Source of the DNA: an uncultured SAR86 cluster bacterium
Lineage (GTDB): Bacteria; Pseudomonadota; Gammaproteobacteria; Magnimaribacterales; D2472
Direction: 5' to 3'
Length of the DNA stretch: 64,000 nucleotides
Assembly (NCBI GenBank): GCA_902557645.1
Contig: CACEAP010000004.1
Location: 11,803-75,802 of the forward strand
Shown here: positions 44,704-52,714 of the stretch, piece by piece
Position numbering within the stretch: the first letter of the stretch is position 1
Layout: every line of letters starts with the position of its first letter
The notes under the pieces: generated by a model
The model's input: only the letters and a program-made list of their open reading frames with translations
What the model was told of the DNA's origin: nothing
Database searches by the model: none
Translations under genes and position numbers: made by a program

Positions 44704-47097
44704 TTAGAATCTATATCTTAGTCTAAGCCCTATAGTTCTAGGCTTACTTCCTGTTCTTCTAACATCGCCAAAGTCATCATATATACCAAGAGTAGGATCA
44801 GCATCATGAACATTTTCAAGGTAGACCTCTAGAGAAGCATTTTGAAGAAATCCTAGCACATCATCAACATCAGAACTTCCTTTGCTAGAAGGATTAACTC
44901 CAAACCTAAGATTTGCTAATGAGTATGATGCATTCGTATCTGTATTAGCAGATGACTGATAACTTTCTCCAGTATAAGAATGATCATAACTAACATATGC
45001 ATCTCTATTTCTAATAACAAAGTCTTTATTCATTGACATTACGAATTGCTCAGTTGGCACATAGGCTAATTGATTACCTTTTGGTGTTGACAGCTGTCCT
45101 TGAAGATCATATATATCTTCTTTAAATTCTGGATCAGTTAAAGCTAGCATTAATGAGGCACTAAAGCTATCTGAGATATTAAAATAACTCTCAAGCTCTA
45201 ATCCTGATATTGTTGCTTGTCCAACATTTTGAACAAATGCCACTGTTAGTAAATCATATATGTAACTAGTAGATTGGAAATCATCCCAGTTCATAGTGTG
45301 AAGATTACCATTTAGGACAATTTTTCCATCAGCTAAGGTAGATTTAAATCCTGCTTCAAAATTAGTCAAGGTATCTGAATCATATGTTGCAGGTACTATT
45401 CCTGATTCACGCGCCTGTCTGTTTAATCTGTTTGTTCCACTTGGTCTAAAGCCTTCAGAGTAGGTAGCGTAAAGCAATACATCATCATTTAACTTATGCG
45501 CTATATTTATTTTGGGTGAAACATCAGAGAAATCTTTTGTATACTTCTCAGTTCTTCCAGCTGCCCAAGATAAAATTGGGTGATCTTGATAGTATCCCAT
45601 GTATCCATCTTTAGCATCAAAATTAGCTTCATTTTTATATGCGCGCATACCAACAGTTAGGTCTGTTTTATCACTAAGCGGCCAAGTAGCTTCACCAAAA
45701 ATAGCTTTTTGGCTATCTTCTCTTACATTATCTTGTTTCCACCATCTGCCAGGCACTGAAGTAAGAATATTTGAAATAGCAGGCATATTGTAAGTAGTGG
45801 AATATGCTAATTCTTGATCTTCAATAAAGACACCTAAAATCCATCTAAATCCTGAATCATTTGTTGATTGCATTCTAAATTCAGTACTTTGTCTATCATA
45901 CTGATCATTTTCAACATAGAACATACGTGCATCAGTGGAAGCATAATAATCATAGTCATATGCGTATGCAGAGTATGAATCATAGTAGTTTGTATAAACA
46001 TAATTAGTATAGTCATACGTATAATCTATTTCACGATCAAATATTGATGTGTTAAATGTAAATTCGACATCATCTGATAAATTACCATTAATAGTTAAAG
46101 ATGTTTGAGTGAACTCATCGTCAAAGGTTTCATCAGCAAATCTAGAATTTTTTCTAGCTCCCTCTGCTACATCTGTTTCCCATGATCCGTTTGAAAAAGA
46201 TTCATGACTTAAAAAAGATAGATCTATAGTTGTTCCACTATCCATATCATGGCCTAAACGAACTCTATGACCAGATTTATCTATCCAGTTGTAGTCATCC
46301 TCGACATAGCTACTATTATCAATCGTAGCACCAGTGTAGTAGAAACTTACAGTCGAAGGAACATTATCGATCCAACCGCCATTACTAATGTCATAGGCAC
46401 TAATTCTTAAAGCAGTATTTGTTCCAAGTGGTATATTAACGAAAGTTTCAAGCGACTCATCGGTAGAACCATCATGAATATCACCACGCTCTATATCAAA
46501 ACCTGCTTCAAAGCCAGATGGATCAGGTTTATTTGTAATAATCCTCACTGTTCCAGATTGAGATGAGGATCCGTATAGAGTTCCTTGAGGTCCTTTTAGA
46601 ATCTCAACTCTATTTATGTCATAAATATGAGGATCTGGATTTCCACCAATAGTTGATACAGGCTGCTCATCTATATAATAAGCAGTAGAAGCTTGAGCTC
46701 CTGCTCTATTGCCAAAACCGCCATCAGAGACACCTCTAATATAGAAATATGAATTTCCTGTTCCGCTTGAATCCAATGTAATAGATGGGGATAAAGCAGC
46801 AATGTCATCAAAATCAGTAATATTTTTAGCTTCTAATTCCTCTGCACTAATTGCCTGAACAGCCATAGGAAGATCTTGAATATTAGTAGCTCTTTTTGAA
46901 GCTGTAACTATTATTTCCTCAACGCTTGAGTCAGCCTCCTCGGCATTAAGAGTATTTGTCTGGGAAAAACCAAGACCTATAGATAAAGCACCTAAATATG
47001 ACATTGCATATTTATTGTCTTTAAAGATATCTCTTAAAAGTAAAGTTAACGGATCTGCTTTCTTTTCAAACAGAGGTTTAAGTAAAAAATTGTTCAT
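44704..47097 (-). CDS. TonB-dependent receptor (copy B of the module)
   Basis: EEIIVTASKR, VEILKGPQGTLYGSSSQSGTVRIITNKP, YIDEQPV, C-terminal ...GLRLRYRF. SD AGGGGGA lies 4 nt before the ATG at 47097. Confidence 0.9.
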   Translation of the reverse strand: MNNFLLKPLFEKKADPLTLLLRDIFKDNKYAMSYLGALSIGLGFSQTNTLNAEEADSSVEEIIVTASKRATNIQDLPMAVQAISAEELEAKNITDFDDIAALSPSITLDSSGTGNSYFYIRGVSDGGFGNRAGAQASTAYYIDEQPVSTIGGNPDPHIYDINRVEILKGPQGTLYGSSSQSGTVRIITNKPDPSGFEAGFDIERGDIHDGSTDESLETFVNIPLGTNTALRISAYDISNGGWIDNVPSTVSFYYTGATIDNSSYVEDDYNWIDKSGHRVRLGHDMDSGTTIDLSFLSHESFSNGSWETDVAEGARKNSRFADETFDDEFTQTSLTINGNLSDDVEFTFNTSIFDREIDYTYDYTNYVYTNYYDSYSAYAYDYDYYASTDARMFYVENDQYDRQSTEFRMQSTNDSGFRWILGVFIEDQELAYSTTYNMPAISNILTSVPGRWWKQDNVREDSQKAIFGEATWPLSDKTDLTVGMRAYKNEANFDAKDGYMGYYQDHPILSWAAGRTEKYTKDFSDVSPKINIAHKLNDDVLLYATYSEGFRPSGTNRLNRQARESGIVPATYDSDTLTNFEAGFKSTLADGKIVLNGNLHTMNWDDFQSTSYIYDLLTVAFVQNVGQATISGLELESYFNISDSFSASLMLALTDPEFKEDIYDLQGQLSTPKGNQLAYVPTEQFVMSMNKDFVIRNRDAYVSYDHSYTGESYQSSANTDTNASYSLANLRFGVNPSSKGSSDVDDVLGFLQNASLEVYLENVHDADPTLGIYDDFGDVRRTGSKPRTIGLRLRYRF

Positions 47098-47215
47098 GCT
47101 ATCCCCCTAGCAAGGCTAAATTTTAATAATTTTAAGTTTAATTTCTAAACTTATGCTTAATGTTAGCATACGAAATGCTAATTTAAAGGGATTTATGGTT
47201 TTTTTTAAACTGAAA

Positions 47216-48244
47216 TTACTGATCAAATAGTCTATTTAAAAGATATTTTGAACCTTCTATCTTATCAATTTCTCTGCATTCATTATAGATAATTTCCGAT
47301 TGAATATTAGCTCTGCAGTAACCCTCATTTGATGTGATTCCGGGCCATGCGTGACCAGCTTCTGAATTAATAATTGCAGTTATAGTTACGTCATTATCAC
47401 AATTATAGTAAATAGTCTCTGAAGACCTAAAAGGTGAAGTTATTTTAGAGCTTTTAATATTTTTACAATTAAATTTTGAAGACCAAGAAGATGTGGTATT
47501 TTTAATAGGCTCATAATAATAACCACCTGAAGATTTAATTGATATTGGTGGAACTGATTTATCAAGTAAACCCCCATAAATTATAAGATTTATAGGTGAT
47601 TCAGGTACGCAGCTTAGTTTATGTGGCTGCATACCAACCACATTGATAACTCCATCAAAAATATCAGAGTATTTGCAACCGATTAATTGAGCCATCATGC
47701 CGCCATTACTAAGGCCCATAACATAACTTTTATCAACCGAGAACTCTTCATAAATTTTTAGGGTTATAGTTTTTATAAAATCTAAATCATTAACACAGCT
47801 TGTCCAATAACAAGAGTTTTGATTACTGCAACTTGGAAATGGAAGAGCGCTTTGTGAGTTATCTTCACATATTTTTACTTCTTTATTATTCTTAATTAAT
47901 GGTCCCAGATGATTCCATGAACTTGAATATACTGTTTGGGTTATTTTGGAACCATCTTGTGTTTGCATTTCATAGCTTGGATAAAAATACTTGCCCTGTG
48001 GATATACAACAATCAACCCTTGTTCTTCAGCATAACGATTAAAGCCACCAGTTGTTTCTTTTTCAAATCCAGATGCAGATCCTGAGAATCCATGCAGTCC
48101 TATAACTAATTTATAAGATTCTTTTTTAACAGTAGGTAAAAAGAGAAGATATGAACGCTCTTCACCAGCATGATTAACATTAACTCTTTCCATGCTATTT
48201 ATCACTGGAGCAAAGATTAATAATACATAGAAAAAAAATTTCAT
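47216..48244 (-). CDS. secreted PHB-depolymerase-family esterase (LpqC/feruloyl-esterase-like)
   Basis: Signal peptide, GLHGFSGSASGF, nucleophile GLSNGGMMA, and several Cys pairs. Confidence 0.75.
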   Translation of the reverse strand: MKFFFYVLLIFAPVINSMERVNVNHAGEERSYLLFLPTVKKESYKLVIGLHGFSGSASGFEKETTGGFNRYAEEQGLIVVYPQGKYFYPSYEMQTQDGSKITQTVYSSSWNHLGPLIKNNKEVKICEDNSQSALPFPSCSNQNSCYWTSCVNDLDFIKTITLKIYEEFSVDKSYVMGLSNGGMMAQLIGCKYSDIFDGVINVVGMQPHKLSCVPESPINLIIYGGLLDKSVPPISIKSSGGYYYEPIKNTTSSWSSKFNCKNIKSSKITSPFRSSETIYYNCDNDVTITAIINSEAGHAWPGITSNEGYCRANIQSEIIYNECREIDKIEGSKYLLNRLFDQ

Positions 48245-49152
48245 GAGTTCAAAAATTTTTCAATACTTTTAAAAACATGTTCATTATTAGTTTCATTTAA
48301 AATTTCATGTCGCAGCTCTGGCAATAATTCTAGTTGAATTGATTTATTATATTTACTTAAAAATACTTTAAGTGCATGGACGCCCTTTCCATTCTCGCCA
48401 ACAGGATCTTCAGAACCTGCTATGAGTAATATTGGTAAATTAATATCAACTTCTAACATTTGCTCGTGAGAAAAAGCTTTTATTACTCCACCAGCTAAGT
48501 CTTCATACATTTGGTTGGTAGGAACAAATCCACATAAGGGATCATTTATATAAGCGTCAACACTTTTATGATTATTTGATAACCAATCATGGGTTGTTCT
48601 ATTAGGTTTGAACTGAGCATTAAATTTTTTTGTAGTTAAAAAATCTGAGAAATAGCTTGGGCTTTGTGGGCCTTGAAAAAATTTAAGAATTTTTATTATA
48701 AATTTTTGAAGCTTTAGCTGTACTACAGATAATTTAGAAGACGCAGACAAAATTACTTTAGCAGGGCTAATATTTCTTTGAAGAAGGGAAAGGGTTAACC
48801 AAGTTCCCATGCTATGCGCTAAAATATAATGAGGTAATTCTTGATATGTTTTTTGAATTTCTTTAAAAGCAGTTTCCATATTATCTATAACTAGATTCCA
48901 TCCATTATCTTTAGCAAAAAAACCAGGCAGTGCTCCAGATTTAATCCAATCACCATGTCCTATATGATCTATTCCTACAACATGGTATCCAATTGAATTA
49001 AAGTATTCAGAGGTTTCTTTGTATCTTCCAAAATGTTCCGCAAGTCCATGATATATATGAATAACACCGATTGAACCATTAGGAGAATGAGATTCTGATA
49101 TAAAGATCTTTAAAGAATCACTATTTGAAGTTTCAGCTGTAATAAATTTCAT
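48241..49152 (-). CDS. alpha/beta hydrolase, lysophospholipase/monoacylglycerol-lipase-like
   Basis: IYHGLAEHFGRY, nucleophile AHSMG, late GSEDPV and RHE. Its stop overlaps the next gene's start by 4 nt. Confidence 0.8.
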   Translation of the reverse strand: MKFITAETSNSDSLKIFISESHSPNGSIGVIHIYHGLAEHFGRYKETSEYFNSIGYHVVGIDHIGHGDWIKSGALPGFFAKDNGWNLVIDNMETAFKEIQKTYQELPHYILAHSMGTWLTLSLLQRNISPAKVILSASSKLSVVQLKLQKFIIKILKFFQGPQSPSYFSDFLTTKKFNAQFKPNRTTHDWLSNNHKSVDAYINDPLCGFVPTNQMYEDLAGGVIKAFSHEQMLEVDINLPILLIAGSEDPVGENGKGVHALKVFLSKYNKSIQLELLPELRHEILNETNNEHVFKSIEKFLNS

Positions 49153-49188
49153 AAACGTATAAAATATTATGACTTAATTATAAATTTT

Positions 49189-50304
49189 ATGGAAAATATT
49201 TATATTGCCGGAACAGGCTACTGGAAAGCAGACGAAATTGTTACAAATGATGAAATTGTGGCATCTTTTAATAATTATGTTGAAAGGTTTAATGCCGATA
49301 ACATAGATCAAATTAATTCTGGAACTATAGAAGCATTAGGCCCCTCTTCAACAGAATTTATTGAAAAAGCCTCTGGTATTAAAACTAGATATTTAATAGA
49401 TAAAAAGAATTGTTTGGATATTGATGTAATGCGTCCAGTCTTAAGACAAGAGAATTCTGAAAATCTTTCAATCTTAGCAGAAATGAGTATTCATGCTGCA
49501 CAAGAAGCAATCACACAGGCTGAAATTAATGTAAGAGATATAGATGCAGTTATTCTAGGTACCTCTCATTCTGCCAGAAACTATCCATCTGTTGCTATGG
49601 AGGTTATGGAGAATCTTGGAATAGAAGGCTATGGGTATGACATGCTTGTAGGTTGCTCCTCAACAACATTTGCTATAAGTAATGCCTACAGTGATATTGC
49701 ATCAGGTCTTGCTGAAACAGTTCTAGTAATAAATCCAGAACTTACATCACCTCATAATGATTTTACACTCAGAGATAGTCATTTTATATTTGGAGATGCA
49801 TGTGTTGCATCAATAATTCAAAAAAACTCCACCTCTAGACATCGAGCTAAAATTATTGATAGAAAATTAGTTACACAATTTTCAAATAATATTAGAAGTG
49901 ATTTTAGTTATTTAAACAGAGTTGAAGAAAATCCAAGAGATGAAAAAGATCTGTATTTCAAACAAAATGGTAAAAGTGTCTTCAAAGAAGTATGCCCAAT
50001 GGTAGCAAGTTTGATTACAGATCAAATTGATCATAATGGACTTGAAGTTGTTGATATTTCACAGTTTTGGCTTCATCAAGCAAATTCAAATATGTGCAGG
50101 TTTATTATTACAAAAATTCTCGGCACTAATGATTATGATCCAAAAATGTGTCCAATGATATTAAGTGAGTTTGGTAATGTTGCCTCAGCTGGTTCTATGC
50201 TTTCTTATCATCTCAATAATCATTTAGAAAAAGGCGATAAAGGTATCATATGTTCGTTTGGAGCAGGATATTCAATTTGTTCAATTATAATTGAAAAAGA
50301 ATAA
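49189..50304 (+). CDS. beta-ketoacyl-ACP synthase III (FabH-like, long form)
   Basis: Catalytic triad contexts GCSSTTFA (Cys), WLHQANSNM (His) and FGNVASAGS (Asn). Confidence 0.85.
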   Translation: MENIYIAGTGYWKADEIVTNDEIVASFNNYVERFNADNIDQINSGTIEALGPSSTEFIEKASGIKTRYLIDKKNCLDIDVMRPVLRQENSENLSILAEMSIHAAQEAITQAEINVRDIDAVILGTSHSARNYPSVAMEVMENLGIEGYGYDMLVGCSSTTFAISNAYSDIASGLAETVLVINPELTSPHNDFTLRDSHFIFGDACVASIIQKNSTSRHRAKIIDRKLVTQFSNNIRSDFSYLNRVEENPRDEKDLYFKQNGKSVFKEVCPMVASLITDQIDHNGLEVVDISQFWLHQANSNMCRFIITKILGTNDYDPKMCPMILSEFGNVASAGSMLSYHLNNHLEKGDKGIICSFGAGYSICSIIIEKE

Positions 50305-50348
50305 ATAACATTTTAAACACTAAACAAAAAAAATATTTATAATAACCC

Positions 50349-50492
50349 CATGGCTGAATATGACGCACTTATAGTTTTCTTACTTGCTGCTGTTTTAATG
50401 ATTTTTTATATTAATATTGAAGCTAGGCCGAAAGGCTCAAACTTTATTAGCAGTGTAAAAGAAACAATATCTAGATTTTTCAGATCAAGATA
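50349..50492 (+). CDS. 47-aa single-TM mini-ORF (speculative)
   Basis: My own translation: MAEYDALIVFLLAAVLMIFYINIEARPKGSNFISSVKETISRFFRSR. Fills the otherwise empty gap after the KAS III gene. Confidence 0.25.
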
Positions 50493-50494
50493 AC

Positions 50495-51745
50495 TTAGAT
50501 TAAACAACCAACAACTAAACCTGTCATGCATGATGCAAGGGTGGCTCCTATCAGAGCCTTAAGTGAGACATCAATTAGGTCACTTTTACGCTCTGGTGCC
50601 ATCGCTCCCATTCCTGAAATAAGTATTCCTACAGAAGATAGGTTTGCAAATCCACATAAGGCATAAAATGTAATTAATTTAGATTTATCTGATAAAACCC
50701 CATCTTCAAGATTAGCTAAAGCAGGGTAAGCTATAAACTCATTAAGAGCTGTTTTAATCCCTAATAATTCTCCAGAAATAACAGCTTCATCCCAAGGAAT
50801 ACCCATCAACCAGGCGATAGGCGCAAAAATATAACCTAAAATGATTTGTATTGAGAGATCAATTCCAAGTTGAATACCAACAAGGCCTAAAAAGGCGTTA
50901 ACAATATAAACCAAAGCAATTACAGCAATTAGAATAGTTCCAACACTTACAGCTATATTAGCTCCATCAGATGTACCTCTCGTAATAGCATCCATTGTGC
51001 TTTTATATACTTTGGGAGTCTTTTCTCCATCAAAATCGGTAATTGAGTTTGAAGGAATCATTATATTTGCATACATTATCGCTGCTGGTACAGATAAAAC
51101 TGATGCTGTAATGAAATGCTGTATTAAGTTTTCATCAGCAAATGTTAATTCAAGAATACTTATTAATGCCACCATGACTGACCCAGCAACAGTTGCCATA
51201 CCTGCTGTCATTAATATTAATAATTCTTTATTAGATAACTTGCTTAAAAAAGGCCTGATTAACAGCGGTGCTTCTACTTGGCCAATAAATATATTTGCTG
51301 CAGCTCCCAAACCAACTGGGCCACCAATATTAAAGACTTTTTGGCAGGCTTTAGATATTAGATTTACTATAAATGGCAATATACCCCAATACCAAAGAAT
51401 TGCTGATATACATGACATAACAATAATGTATGGCAAAACACCAAATGCAAAAGTTTCTAATAAAGATCTATATGCTGATCCATCATCTGATGGTGGAAAG
51501 CCAAAAACAAAATTAGCTCCTTCTTGTGTAGCTTGTTGGAGAATAAATACTCCATTACCTAGAATCTCAAAGAAATCTATAACTAACGGGATTTTCAATA
51601 AAATAAGTGCTAAAACAATCTGAGATACGATCCCATAGAATATATATTTATAGTTAATATCTCTAATGCTATTAGAAAACGGTATAGCTAAGGCAATTAA
51701 TCCAACAAAACCTATAAATACTTGTATCACATTTAACGCATTCAT
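50495..51745 (-). CDS. nupC: NupC/CNT family concentrative nucleoside transporter
   Basis: 416 aa. The C-terminal FALCGFANLSSVGILISGMGAMAPERKSDL region and overall TM layout are typical of the CNT family. Confidence 0.9.
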   Translation of the reverse strand: MNALNVIQVFIGFVGLIALAIPFSNSIRDINYKYIFYGIVSQIVLALILLKIPLVIDFFEILGNGVFILQQATQEGANFVFGFPPSDDGSAYRSLLETFAFGVLPYIIVMSCISAILWYWGILPFIVNLISKACQKVFNIGGPVGLGAAANIFIGQVEAPLLIRPFLSKLSNKELLILMTAGMATVAGSVMVALISILELTFADENLIQHFITASVLSVPAAIMYANIMIPSNSITDFDGEKTPKVYKSTMDAITRGTSDGANIAVSVGTILIAVIALVYIVNAFLGLVGIQLGIDLSIQIILGYIFAPIAWLMGIPWDEAVISGELLGIKTALNEFIAYPALANLEDGVLSDKSKLITFYALCGFANLSSVGILISGMGAMAPERKSDLIDVSLKALIGATLASCMTGLVVGCLI

Positions 51746-51749
51746 TTTT

Positions 51750-52655
51750 TTAGTATAACTTAATAGCTTTAAGTCTTTCAGTTAAGAAATCATCTGCTAA
51801 GACTCCCTCATCAGTCTCATCAAAAATAGATTTAAGAATAATGTCTGGAGAAGGATGTAGAAAAAATGGCATGCTATATCGTGATTTTGATTGTGATTCG
51901 GGATAGCTTATTACTCTGTGGGTTGTACTGAGCAATAGTCCATCAGTAACTAATTGCATCATGTCGCCAATATTACAAACTATAGCGTTAGATGAAGCTT
52001 TAATAGGAACCCATGTGCCCTTCTTGGATTTAACCTCAAGTCCAGACTCTTCCGCTCCCACAAGCAATGTTATTAAATTAATGTCTTCATGAGCCCTTGC
52101 TCTTAAATTATTAGAGTTATTAGTTACTGGCGGATAGTGAATTAACCTGAGTAATGAGTTTCCTTTAGCTGCCCATGAATCAAAGAAATTAGAATCTTTG
52201 TTAAGCATTACTGCAATAATCTTTAAAACATCCATACCTAATTCATTTATGGCAATAAAAAGGTTGTTAAAATGATTGTTAAAATCTTGTATTTCTTTAA
52301 CTTCTATATTCTTATGAATTCTGGAATCATATGATGAATCAATATTTGGTCCATGATGCCAAAATTCTTTTTGATCTGGAGTTATTTCACCAAGTGCAGT
52401 TTCTTTGCCATAAGGTGTATATCCTCTGGCGCCAGCATTTTCAGGATATGCGTAGTTATTTTTGATACCTACGTCTAAATTAAAAAATTCTTGAGACAGT
52501 TTATAGCTATCTTTAAGAAGATCAGGATCTAAACCATGATCAGTGATGCTAAAAAATCCATACTCGGTTAGCGCTCCTTTGAGTTTATTTAAAGCATCTT
52601 TATTACCATCTTTAATATCAATATAGGATAATTCTGGAATTACTTCTTTAGACAT
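51750..52655 (-). CDS. 2-oxoglutarate/Fe(II)-dependent oxygenase (isopenicillin-N-synthase-like family)
   Basis: HxD...H facial triad contexts RAHEDINLITLL and LSTTHRV, followed by RYSMPFF. Confidence 0.85.
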   Translation of the reverse strand: MSKEVIPELSYIDIKDGNKDALNKLKGALTEYGFFSITDHGLDPDLLKDSYKLSQEFFNLDVGIKNNYAYPENAGARGYTPYGKETALGEITPDQKEFWHHGPNIDSSYDSRIHKNIEVKEIQDFNNHFNNLFIAINELGMDVLKIIAVMLNKDSNFFDSWAAKGNSLLRLIHYPPVTNNSNNLRARAHEDINLITLLVGAEESGLEVKSKKGTWVPIKASSNAIVCNIGDMMQLVTDGLLLSTTHRVISYPESQSKSRYSMPFFLHPSPDIILKSIFDETDEGVLADDFLTERLKAIKLY

Positions 52656-52669
52656 ATTTAGATTTTAAC

Positions 52670-52698
52670 AAAAAAAAGGGCAGTAAACTGCCCTTTTT
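52670..52698 (-). terminator. rho-independent terminator after TBDR 52715..55756
   Basis: A8 + GGGCAG-TAAA-CTGCCC + T5. This gives a T8 run after the hairpin on the minus strand. Confidence 0.65.
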
Positions 52699-52714
52699 AA
52701 TCAAGTAAATAAAA

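Noticed and set aside
50997-51623. 208-aa plus-strand ORF, and similar long antisense ORFs at 2604..2918, 5164..5553, 11411..11731, 18728..19044, 19725..20354, 20545..21072, 23514..23711, 25350..25790, 35072..35341, 37517..37777, 42905..43243, 44436..44642, 45599..46016, 55230..55547, 59283..59540, 61710..61940
   Set aside because: Each lies entirely inside a well-supported gene on the opposite strand (NupC, GPH, ABC, TBDRs, FtsK and others). They have low-complexity or odd composition and no motifs. They are typical shadow ORFs.
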